32,000 bases of DNA from Haloquadratum walsbyi C23. GTDB lineage: Archaea > Halobacteriota > Halobacteria > Halobacteriales > Haloferacaceae. Under the pieces are notes generated by a model that saw nothing but the letters and a program-made list of their open reading frames with translations, was not told where the DNA came from and ran no database searches. Where the stretch lies: contig NC_017459.1 of NCBI RefSeq assembly GCF_000237865.1, positions 780,001-812,000 on the forward strand, in the 5' to 3' direction. Made by a program: the position numbers and the translations under genes. Below, piece after piece: positions 1 to 7,961 of this stretch; within the stretch, counting starts at the first letter, position 1; every line of letters starts with the position of its first letter.

Positions 1-31
1 TATCAACAGAAATCAATTTTATCTGTTTCAC

Positions 32-146
32 TGATAGTGATTACTTCGAATAGTTTCACCGGCGGTGTCGAATGACGCGGGTTCAGCGTCTCCTATCACC
101 GACACGAATAATCACGGCGGTAAAGACTCGCACTAATCATTATGAG
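32..146. repeat. Copy A of a ~115-nt intergenic repeat with imperfect terminal inverted repeats (MITE-like or structured-RNA element)
   Basis: Hand alignment to 1592..1705 in direct orientation gives roughly 11 differences, including one 1-nt indel. The ends TGATAGTGATTA... and ...TAATCA(T/C)TATGAG are inverted repeats. Internal palindromic pieces: TTCGA..TCGAA, CACC-N3-GGTG, GACGC-N7-GCGTC. Confidence 0.8.
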
Positions 147-152
147 ACGCAG

Positions 153-196
153 TATACGGTATATGCTATACGGTATACGGTATATATCATATATCG
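153..196. repeat. Degenerate 7-bp tandem repeat (TATACGG / TATATGC / TATACGG / TATACGG / TATATAT / CATATAT)
   Basis: Direct reading of 153..196 shows a heptamer periodicity starting 7 nt after repeat copy A. Confidence 0.6.
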
Positions 197-407
197 AATG
201 ATTTTATTCATAATAACTGTCGAAAGCGGCGAGGAGTCCACCATTATCGCTAGATCAGAACTCCGTTTCCAAAACTACAAGATAGAACCGTGATGCATCG
301 GTGAGTTATTCAAATGCTTCTCAAAAGATGTATTATTAAACGGAACATTCAGTTATTAGCTTTTTAGTTTCCGATAACAGTTATAACGGAGGCGAAGCCG
401 ATCGTAA

Positions 408-479
408 GCCGGTGGAGAGACTTGAACTCTCGACCTATTCCTTACGAAGGAATCGCTCTTCCAGCTGAGCTACACCGGC
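408..479 (-). tRNA. tRNA-Thr (anticodon CGU)
   Basis: The reverse complement folds as a canonical 72-nt cloverleaf. Acceptor GCCGGTG/CACCGGC, D stem GCTC/GAGC, anticodon stem ATTCC/GGAAT with loop TTCGTAA (CGT at 34-36), T stem GAGAG/CTCTC with loop TTCAAGT. No encoded CCA and no intron. Confidence 0.93.
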
Positions 480-525
480 ACTTATCACTCATAAATATCT
501 CAATAACGGGCAAAAGACTTCCGAA

Positions 526-1515
526 TTAGCGTCTCTGCAACCGCACATCAAGACAAATGTTATACTCATGAGGAGCATATGATCGGACTTCGTGGCGTGT
601 CTCAACAGTCAGTTTATAATTTGGCTCTGCGGCTGACTGAATCGCCTCAATCCCAGGTTGATAAAGTGTATCCTCATGCTGGATATCATAATAATGTATC
701 ATACACTCATCGCCAGCAAGCCTGATAGCCGTTTCCAGGAACTCATCAGCGCTATGTGGGAGATTCATTATCAATCGATCAGCCCAGTCTGTATACGAAT
801 CAGGCAATGTCCGGACATCTCCGGAAACGATGGTAAAATTATCATCAACATCATTTTGCTCTGCGTTTATTGATAGGTACTCGACTGCATTTTCGTTCAG
901 TTCTGCGGCAACAACATCGGCACCACGAGCAGCCATTGGAACTGCAAATGGGCCGACGCCGGCAAACATATCAATCACATGATCATGAGCATCAACCTGG
1001 GTAATCACGCGATGACGCTCAGTCGCAAGCCGTGGTGAGAAGTATACTGATTCGATATCTAATCTGAACGTATATCCATACTCCCGATGACATGTCTCTG
1101 TCTCCTCGCCAGCAAGAACCTCCCATTCACGGGTCCGATGAGGTCCAGACACCTTCGAGTCCCGATTGAGAACCGTTTTGACTGGAATATCGGATTCAAC
1201 AATTGCCTTAGCCACTTCACGCGCTTTTTCATGATTGTCTTCATCGATAATAATAATCTCACCAAGTCTCTCGTATGATGGGTCGAAGCCAAGTTTATCC
1301 GCGGGGCTTGTTGAGACGTCGCGAGTGTTCACTACATGCGTCACAATATCAAACTGATCTGGTACGGCTGTTGAGTCGACAACAGGTATGTACAAATAAT
1401 CCTCTGTTGTGTCAATCTCATAAAGTGTATCAATAAGCCCCTGTTCAGCAAGCATCGTTCGTGTCCGTTCACCTGCGGTCGGCGGCACACGAACACAGGG
1501 AATCCCATCAGACAT
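526..1515 (-). CDS. trm5: tRNA (guanine37-N1)-methyltransferase, Trm5 / Met-10+ family
   Basis: 329-aa ORF with SAM-binding motif DMFAGVGPFA and catalytic-region motif MNLPHSA, typical of archaeal Trm5/Taw22. AT-rich TATA-like TTTACATATTT lies about 25-35 nt upstream of the start. Confidence 0.85.
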   Translation of the reverse strand: MSDGIPCVRVPPTAGERTRTMLAEQGLIDTLYEIDTTEDYLYIPVVDSTAVPDQFDIVTHVVNTRDVSTSPADKLGFDPSYERLGEIIIIDEDNHEKAREVAKAIVESDIPVKTVLNRDSKVSGPHRTREWEVLAGEETETCHREYGYTFRLDIESVYFSPRLATERHRVITQVDAHDHVIDMFAGVGPFAVPMAARGADVVAAELNENAVEYLSINAEQNDVDDNFTIVSGDVRTLPDSYTDWADRLIMNLPHSADEFLETAIRLAGDECMIHYYDIQHEDTLYQPGIEAIQSAAEPNYKLTVETRHEVRSYAPHEYNICLDVRLQRR

Positions 1516-1591
1516 TGCGTTAGTTATTCAGGTCAATTTGATTTACATATTTCGAGAGCAGCCTATTCATATCTATTCTCACCAATTCAAT

Positions 1592-1705
1592 TGATAGTGA
1601 TTAGTTCGAATAGTTTCACCGACGGTGTCGAATGACGCGGTTTCAGCGGCTCCTATCACGGCACGGATAATCACGGCGGTAAAGATCTGCACTAATCACT
1701 ATGAG
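1592..1705. repeat. Copy B of the ~115-nt intergenic repeat (perfect 12-bp terminal inverted repeat ATAGTGATTAGT / ACTAATCACTAT)
   Basis: Aligns to 32..146 (see copy A). Lies between the tfb stop (1801) and the trm5 start (1515). Confidence 0.8.
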
Positions 1706-1787
1706 TGAGTCGTAAGGATAGTCATGAACAAACCAAGACCTGAATGTGATAGTAGCGAGCTACTATTGCATGATTACTACTAGGAGA

Positions 1788-1796
1788 TTAAAAAGA
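1788..1796 (-). terminator. Oligo-T tract (T5 on the minus strand) a few nt after the tfb stop codon
   Basis: Plus strand reads TTAAAAAGAG at 1788..1797, so the minus-strand RNA would carry CUCUUUUUAA directly after the TAA stop. Archaeal terminators are typically oligo-T tracts. Confidence 0.35.
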
Positions 1797-1800
1797 GATA

Positions 1801-2910
1801 TTATGCACTCGCCGCGTCAGCACCGGATCCATTGGATCGGTTATCCCATGCCTCGAGCAACTCTTGATATCGGTTTCGAATGGTTACCTCTGAGATGTCT
1901 GTTACCTCACTCACATCAGCTTGCGTGAGTTCATCATTTGTCAATTGTGCGGATGCATACAGAGCTGCTGCAGCAAGTCCAACCGGTGACTTTCCGGAAT
2001 GCACATTTTGACGTTTTGCGCTTTCGAGTAATTCTCGAGCCGTCCGTTCGGTCTCCTTCGGCACTTCAAGATCAGAAGCAAACCGGGGGACATACTCGGC
2101 AGGATCAGCCGGTTGAATCTCTAATGAGAGTTCACGGACAATATATCGATATGCTCGTTCAAATTCATCCTCATCAACCCGAGAGACGCGAGCGACTTCA
2201 TCGATACTTCGTGGGACTTGTGCCATTCGTGCGGCGGCGTGCAATGCCGCTGTGGAAATGCCTTCAATCGATCGACCAGGTAGAAGATCCTCATCAAGGG
2301 CTCGACGGTAAATGACAGATGCAGTTTCACGAACGCTCTCTGGAAGTCCAAGCGCAGAGGCCATTCGGTCAATCTCGCCAAGTGCCTGCTTGAGGTTCCG
2401 TTCTTTTGAGTCACGAGTCCGGAACCGCTCATTCCATGTTCGAAGCCGTTGCATCTTCTGTCGCTGCGTTGATGACAGGGAGTTTCCGTATGCGTCTTTG
2501 TCTTGCCAGCCAATGTTTGTCGAGAGCCCCTTGTCATGCATCAATTTCGTCGTTGGAGCACCAACACGAGACTTTTGATCACGCTCAGCACTATCGAAAG
2601 CGCGCCACTCTGGTCCACGATCAATTGAATCCTCATCAACAACAAGTCCACAGTCTGCACAGACTGTCTCACCACGCTCATCATCGGTGATCAGTTCTGT
2701 CGACTCACACTCTGGACAATGGACTGTCTCCTCAACTGTTGAGGATTCATCGCTAGTTTGTTCTGTTGTCGATTCATCTGATCCGGTAGTTTTCGAGCTA
2801 TTCCGCGTACCTCGGCGTTCAGATGTCGTACTATGATCTCGCCACGTACGACCATCACTTTGCTCATCGTCCTCAGTCTCGCGCGTGCGCGCGTGAAGGG
2901 AGTCACTCAT
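1801..2910 (-). CDS. tfb: Transcription initiation factor TFB (TFIIB homologue) with acidic Ser/Thr-rich N-terminal extension
   Basis: Zn-ribbon CPECESTELITDDERGETVCADCGLVV followed by two cyclin-like repeats. I place the start at the internal ATG (MSDSLHAR...) at 2910 rather than the ORF-track start at 3027, because the upstream 39 codons are non-acidic and overlap AT-rich promoter-like DNA. Confidence 0.9.
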   Translation of the reverse strand: MSDSLHARTRETEDDEQSDGRTWRDHSTTSERRGTRNSSKTTGSDESTTEQTSDESSTVEETVHCPECESTELITDDERGETVCADCGLVVDEDSIDRGPEWRAFDSAERDQKSRVGAPTTKLMHDKGLSTNIGWQDKDAYGNSLSSTQRQKMQRLRTWNERFRTRDSKERNLKQALGEIDRMASALGLPESVRETASVIYRRALDEDLLPGRSIEGISTAALHAAARMAQVPRSIDEVARVSRVDEDEFERAYRYIVRELSLEIQPADPAEYVPRFASDLEVPKETERTARELLESAKRQNVHSGKSPVGLAAAALYASAQLTNDELTQADVSEVTDISEVTIRNRYQELLEAWDNRSNGSGADAASA

Positions 2911-3154
2911 ATTAATTATTGAAGAGTGCGACGAGAATGTCCGTCGCCTCGTTCTATTATATGATATGCTTGTACAACTCAAAAGTGTGTCGGCTATGTG
3001 CAAAGATGACACCAAAGCGATATTCATGAGACCGAAGATTGTTGTCGATAATCAACTCTCCGAATAAATTCCATCCGACTGTCCGCGCAGATTTATTTTC
3101 CAGGTGATATCTCTGTATTTTACTTTTATTATCTATTATTTAATCCAGATACTC

Positions 3155-4519
3155 TCAATCGGACGCCAGTAGTTCCTCAATTACGGATACAATTGATTTG
3201 TCATCGGTAGTCTTCGTATTGACGGTATCTCGAGAGTATGGTAACTCGTCGATAGGTGTCTGTGTCAGATTGTCGTGTGTCGTGTCTTGTTGCGGTTTTT
3301 GTTGTGGATCCTGTTGTGTTAGTATAATAATATTTTCAGCATAGTCCACTGCGGTCACAATTGCGTTCGCACTCTTTGTTAGATCGACATTGGCAAGCAC
3401 AACGGCTGCTGCCGCGTCGATTTTCGACCGTAGCTCTGTCGTCATTGATTCGGTGATAGGCTTGTATGCCGGAGTAGTCATAATCGATGTAGCGACACGA
3501 TCTGCAGCCGTTGCGGTGACACTCCCTGCTGGGGCCGGACCAACAGTAACCGTATAGCCAGCAGCTACAAGTTCAGACATGGCTGTGATGACCGGTTGTC
3601 CATGTCCGATAATATGAATTATCGGCTGACTGGATGTTTCTCTACTATATTCAGAACTATCACCAACTATTGTACTTTCGTCATGTTGCTCATGAGTCGA
3701 TTGGTCGTTAGTTGTGTTATCGGTGGTTTTTGTGCGTTCATCCGGCAAGGTTGTCACATTGGCTGTCCCGGTGATAAGATCTGTCGTAACTACCGGATAT
3801 CCACCAAATGTCCCTGCGAGTGTGGGTGTAGTAAGCACCTCTGCTGGTGGACCAATTGCTGTAATTGATCCTTCTGTAAGAAGACATATGATATCACAGT
3901 ATCGTGCTGCAAGATTAAGATCATGAATTGCTGCTATAGCAGTTTTGCCCGTCTCGACAAGACGTGCAACTGATTCGAGAGTCTGAATCTGTCGATGGAT
4001 ATCGAGACTCGCTGTTGGTTCATCAAGCAATAATACAGGTGTTTGTTGTGCGAGTGCTCGTGCAAGAAGTATTCGCTGTTGTTCACCACCTGAGAGCGTT
4101 GTTACCGGTTGATCAACAAATGAGTCAGCATCAACCTGATTGATTGCCTGTTCAACAGCGGTATCATCTGTCTCAGTCCATGTGGCAAATCGCGATCGAT
4201 GCGGCGTTCGTCCCATCTCGATGATCGTCCGTCCGTCAAAATTGAACGAAATTGAGGTATCTTGCGGAACTGATGCAACTTGTTGACTTATTGTTGTTGC
4301 ATCTGCTGATTCAATAGCGATATCCCCAATATGGATGGATCCAGTTGTCGTTGAAATCGACCCATCAATTGCTCGCAGTAACGTTGTCTTGCCTGCACCG
4401 TTTGGACCGACAACTCCGAGGAACGCCCCTTCCCTGGCGGTGAGATCAATCTCATCGAGAATTGTTACTGATCCACGGGTGATGGACAGATCTTTAATTG
4501 TAATGAATGGCGAACTCAC
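3155..4519 (-). CDS. ABC transporter ATP-binding protein (FepC/BtuD-like, iron-siderophore/cobalamin class) with ~195-aa C-terminal extension
   Basis: Walker [10 protein letters not shown], signature LSGGEQQR, Walker [13 protein letters not shown]-loop IHDLN. Its start overlaps the stop of the upstream permease gene by 4 nt. Residues ~259-454 lie beyond a normal ABC ATPase. Confidence 0.9.
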   Translation of the reverse strand: MSSPFITIKDLSITRGSVTILDEIDLTAREGAFLGVVGPNGAGKTTLLRAIDGSISTTTGSIHIGDIAIESADATTISQQVASVPQDTSISFNFDGRTIIEMGRTPHRSRFATWTETDDTAVEQAINQVDADSFVDQPVTTLSGGEQQRILLARALAQQTPVLLLDEPTASLDIHRQIQTLESVARLVETGKTAIAAIHDLNLAARYCDIICLLTEGSITAIGPPAEVLTTPTLAGTFGGYPVVTTDLITGTANVTTLPDERTKTTDNTTNDQSTHEQHDESTIVGDSSEYSRETSSQPIIHIIGHGQPVITAMSELVAAGYTVTVGPAPAGSVTATAADRVATSIMTTPAYKPITESMTTELRSKIDAAAAVVLANVDLTKSANAIVTAVDYAENIIILTQQDPQQKPQQDTTHDNLTQTPIDELPYSRDTVNTKTTDDKSIVSVIEELLASD

Positions 4520-5553
4520 AGTTGTGTCACCTCATTTGTTCGTAAAAGGTACAAAAAGAACGGAGCACCAAGAGCCGCGGTGATAATCCCGACTGGAATT
4601 GCTGTTGTACCGGATCGGGCAAACGTATCAGTGATAACAAGAAATGATGCTCCAGCAAGGGCACTTGTTGGTAATAAAATTCGATGATCTGGTCCAACAA
4701 TCAAACGCATTGCATGCGGGACGATGAGGCCGACAAACCCGATGACACCGGTCACAGCAACAGCAGCAGCAGTGACAATACTTGCGGCAGCTAACAGAAT
4801 GCGTTTTGTCCGAGTTACATTAATTCCAAGAGCGTGTGCATCGCGCTCACCAAGCAATAACACATTCAAATCTCGCGCATACGCAACAAGCAGCACGAAT
4901 ACCGGTGGTACCACAATCGCAGCGACCCGAACGTCACCCCATGTTGTTCCTCCGAGATTTCCCATGAGCCAATAGACGACACGCTGGATGCTTTCCCCAC
5001 TATACAGTAATAAAAATGAAATGACAGCGCCAAGAAATGCCTGAACAGCAACACCAGCGAGCAATAGGGTGCTTGTCGGCGTCCGCCCACCGCGGGTTGC
5101 AATCACGTAGACACTGAATGCGGTGATAACTGCAGTCGTAAATGCCGCTGCTTGCAGTTCAAGTCCAAATGGTATCTGTAGTGGAATAACGATTGTCGCA
5201 ACAGCTCCGACTGCCGCACCTGAGGAGACTCCAATAATCGATGGATCTGCCATTGGATTTCGAAAAAACCCCTGCATAACAGTTCCGGCACTCGCAAGTG
5301 CAAATCCAACGAGTGCTGCAAGGATTATTCGTGGCAGACGAACACTCAGCACAATCGTCTGCTGAATCGATGATGGTATCTGTGTGACGGTTACTCCAAG
5401 TCCAATCATCGAATCAATTGCCCCGATTAAAACATATGTTACTGTTATCGGTGCAATATCAACCGGACCAACGCCAGCACTCAGCGTAACAGCGAGTAAA
5501 AGCACACCAGTCAAGCCAGCCGACCATACTATTGCGCGAAATTGAACACGCAC
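4516..5553 (-). CDS. ABC transporter permease, FecCD/BtuC family
   Basis: 345-aa polytopic membrane protein with the FecCD-type stretch [40 protein letters not shown]. First gene of a two-gene unit with the ATPase. Confidence 0.9.
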   Translation of the reverse strand: MRVQFRAIVWSAGLTGVLLLAVTLSAGVGPVDIAPITVTYVLIGAIDSMIGLGVTVTQIPSSIQQTIVLSVRLPRIILAALVGFALASAGTVMQGFFRNPMADPSIIGVSSGAAVGAVATIVIPLQIPFGLELQAAAFTTAVITAFSVYVIATRGGRTPTSTLLLAGVAVQAFLGAVISFLLLYSGESIQRVVYWLMGNLGGTTWGDVRVAAIVVPPVFVLLVAYARDLNVLLLGERDAHALGINVTRTKRILLAAASIVTAAAVAVTGVIGFVGLIVPHAMRLIVGPDHRILLPTSALAGASFLVITDTFARSGTTAIPVGIITAALGAPFFLYLLRTNEVTQL

Positions 5554-5580
5554 GATTCGTATACAAACGCACTTGCAGTA

Positions 5581-5594
5581 AACAAGTACTTGTT
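5581..5594. promoter_or_regulatory. Perfect 14-bp palindrome AACAAGTACTTGTT in the 70-bp divergent spacer of the ABC uptake locus (candidate operator)
   Basis: Read directly. The sequence equals its own reverse complement. It sits between the permease start (5553, minus) and the binding-protein start (5624, plus). Confidence 0.45.
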
Positions 5595-5623
5595 GTCATA
5601 ACATCGAAGTTGAGTCGGTTGAA

Positions 5624-6916
5624 ATGCTTCTTCGATCCCAGCTATCGTCAATTGCTCATATCCTGCTCATTGTGCTCGTGGTTACTGGTGGTCTTGGAAC
5701 CTTGCTTTTGCTTCCGACTCCAACGGATGCGGTTGACCCCCGATTGAGTGATCATATGCATACTCACAGTTATCACTCAACGTCACGCATTAACTCGAAG
5801 ACCGTTCATAACACAATGTCAGCCACAACCGCAGTCTCAGGGGATAGCAATACCGAGAATCGTGGGAGTTCTGTCACGACAACAGCCTGCACATACCCAC
5901 TGACAGTTACCGATGCCACAGGAACAACCGTGAGAATTATGAGTGATCCAGATCGGGTGGTGACGCTCAATCCAAGTGCCGCACAGACAATGTGGGAAAT
6001 CGGTGCTCAAAATGAAGTCGTTGGTGTCTCTCGGTATGCATCATATCTCAATGGGACCGCAAGCAAGCAAAATGTCTCAGGTGCAGGCGGACCAAGTGTT
6101 GAACGTGTTCTTGCAGCAACGCCCGACCTTGTGTTAGTCCCAAACAGTACTCATAGTGCATCACCTGACCGCATTGCACAACTTCGTGCACAAGGATTAA
6201 CACTGGTTGTATTCCCACAGGCAACCTCGCTTACAGCCGTTATTGAAAAGACCGAACGAATCGGGCGATTGACCGGTAACTGTGCGGCTGGTGATGCCAG
6301 AGCAACTGAACTGCAACAATCGATTAATCGAATCGAGCGTGTTACCGAAGATACTGATCGCCCTGTTGGGGTGAATGTCTTCTATGGCTATACTTCAGGC
6401 AATAACACATTTATTGACGAGATAATCGAAACAGGTGGGCTTGAGAATGGTGCTGCAAATGCTGGCTTATCCGGATTTGTCCCAATTACTGATGAATCCG
6501 TTGTCGCGATCGACCCAACCTGGATTGTCATACCCACAAGTGCACCACTCCCGAAAACACCAGCATACAACAGCACAACAGCATATCAAAATAACAATAT
6601 TATCCGTGTTGAAACGGAGCATATACAACAACCTGCCCCTCGAGCAATATACGCAGTTGAAACAATACTCCAGGCAACGCATCCAGCAGCATCCGATGAA
6701 TATCAACAGTTAGAAACAACAACGCCATCGGCTAATACATCATCTAGTGAGTCATCGGAATCAAACGTATCGCAAACAACCGCCAGGCAAATGCGTTCAA
6801 CGCCCTCTGGGGTAACTGCAACTCAAACAAACTCTCCTGGGTTTGGAATTGTGCATGTGGTATTTACTGCGATTGGAAGTGTAATTATTGTATGTATCAT
6901 CTTTCCGCGTGAATAA
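5624..6916 (+). CDS. Periplasmic-binding-protein type 2 (BtuF/FhuD-like) substrate-binding protein with N-terminal TM segment and C-terminal PGF-CTERM sorting signal
   Basis: Core begins CTYPLTVTDATGTTVRIMSDPDRVVTLNPSAAQTMWEIGAQNEVVGVS, typical of iron/cobalamin binding proteins. The C-terminus has a Ser/Thr-rich linker, then PGF (6836..6844), a hydrophobic helix and a short basic tail. Confidence 0.85.
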   Translation: MLLRSQLSSIAHILLIVLVVTGGLGTLLLLPTPTDAVDPRLSDHMHTHSYHSTSRINSKTVHNTMSATTAVSGDSNTENRGSSVTTTACTYPLTVTDATGTTVRIMSDPDRVVTLNPSAAQTMWEIGAQNEVVGVSRYASYLNGTASKQNVSGAGGPSVERVLAATPDLVLVPNSTHSASPDRIAQLRAQGLTLVVFPQATSLTAVIEKTERIGRLTGNCAAGDARATELQQSINRIERVTEDTDRPVGVNVFYGYTSGNNTFIDEIIETGGLENGAANAGLSGFVPITDESVVAIDPTWIVIPTSAPLPKTPAYNSTTAYQNNNIIRVETEHIQQPAPRAIYAVETILQATHPAASDEYQQLETTTPSANTSSSESSESNVSQTTARQMRSTPSGVTATQTNSPGFGIVHVVFTAIGSVIIVCIIFPRE

Positions 6917-7297
6917 TGCTCCCACACCACCCATATTCTATCTTGCTCTACTGAGGCTTGAATTCTCTACCCTCACTAAACACGCCAAATTTCATAATGT
7001 AGAAACTAACTACAGGGTAATTTTTGCCAAGTAGTATACATCTTGATACTTCCATATCATGTATCTATCCGGTGTGAAGATCGATTTTAGCTAATTCATA
7101 TGATAGTAGAAGTATAAAGGACAAAATCGGGATTACTTCGCCAATGAGTCAGGACATACTCACTTTGTTTTTCTGCAACAGGGCATCCCTCCCGCTGTAA
7201 CGTCACTCAGAGACAATCATATGATAGCTGAACGGGTATGTAGTATTGGAACATATGCACAAAACTATTTTATCAAATCAGGTCCTAAGCTATTGTG

Positions 7298-7756
7298 ATG
7301 AGTGATTCACAATCCGATAGCGACCTCGCTGACATCCGTGCACAAAAGCGCTCAGAACTAAAACAAAAATTAACCGAAGACACCGAAGACACCGAAGACG
7401 ACACAACAAATAACGAAGCAACCACTGCTAAGACCCCAACTGACCCGATTCATATTACCAGTGCTGATGAGTTCAATGCCGCAGTGACGGAACATGATGT
7501 TGTTCTTGTTGACTTCTATGCCGACTGGTGTGGTCCATGTCAGATGCTCGAACCGACGGTCAAATCTCTCGCTGCTGAAACTGCTGCCACTGTCCTAAAG
7601 GTTGATATCGATCAGCACCAATCGCTTGCCCAGCAGTATCAAGTTCGTGGTGTCCCAACACTGCTCCTATTTAATGATGCTGAGACGGTTGAACAAATTG
7701 TTGGTGTCCGCGATGAATCGACTCTTCGGTCGCTTATTCAACAATATACACGGTAA
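7298..7756 (+). CDS. trxA: Thioredoxin with ~50-aa acidic N-terminal extension
   Basis: WCGPC active site and thioredoxin-fold context (VLVDFYADWCGPCQMLEP...VRGVPTLLLF). ATG at 7298 is preceded by an in-frame GTG at 7295. TATA-like CTATTTTATC lies about 28 nt upstream. Confidence 0.9.
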   Translation: MSDSQSDSDLADIRAQKRSELKQKLTEDTEDTEDDTTNNEATTAKTPTDPIHITSADEFNAAVTEHDVVLVDFYADWCGPCQMLEPTVKSLAAETAATVLKVDIDQHQSLAQQYQVRGVPTLLLFNDAETVEQIVGVRDESTLRSLIQQYTR

Positions 7757-7961
7757 TCATCAACAATACAGAGATTTTCATGCGATTTGAAGTCTAAAGC
7801 GGTATGTACAGGCGGTTCGAGGCGACTGCTTCGGGGCTTGACCCCGGGGTTGGTTCACACTGGTTGAGAGAATCGTTCTGGAGTAAATGCGGAAATCATG
7901 GTATTGCTAGCTGATATACTAACAAGAAGATACTTATTAGCGTATTATCGAGGCGTACGCA

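Noticed and set aside
72-293. 73-aa ORF starting inside repeat copy A
   Set aside because: The equivalent frame in copy B is broken after 12 codons by the 1-nt indel. The predicted protein is basic and Ile/Tyr/Thr-rich, unlike the acidic proteome here. The rest of the ORF runs through the heptamer repeat.
1747-1766. Short exact string recurrences. TGATAGTAG occurs at 1747 and 7101 and resembles the repeat terminus. CAATACAGAG occurs at 7764 and 28266. An 8+2+8 palindrome ATAGTAGC-GA-GCTACTAT lies at 1749..1766.
   Set aside because: Thousands of 9-10-mer coincidences are expected in an all-against-all comparison of 32 kb on two strands, and 8-bp-arm palindromes are expected by chance. These are noted only as possible hints that the repeat and IS families have further fragments.
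2928-2947. GCGACG-N8-CGTCGC hairpin between the TATA-like region and the start codon of tfb
   Set aside because: A 6-bp stem is statistically unremarkable and I have no comparative support. It might be a leader structure, but that cannot be argued from this window alone.
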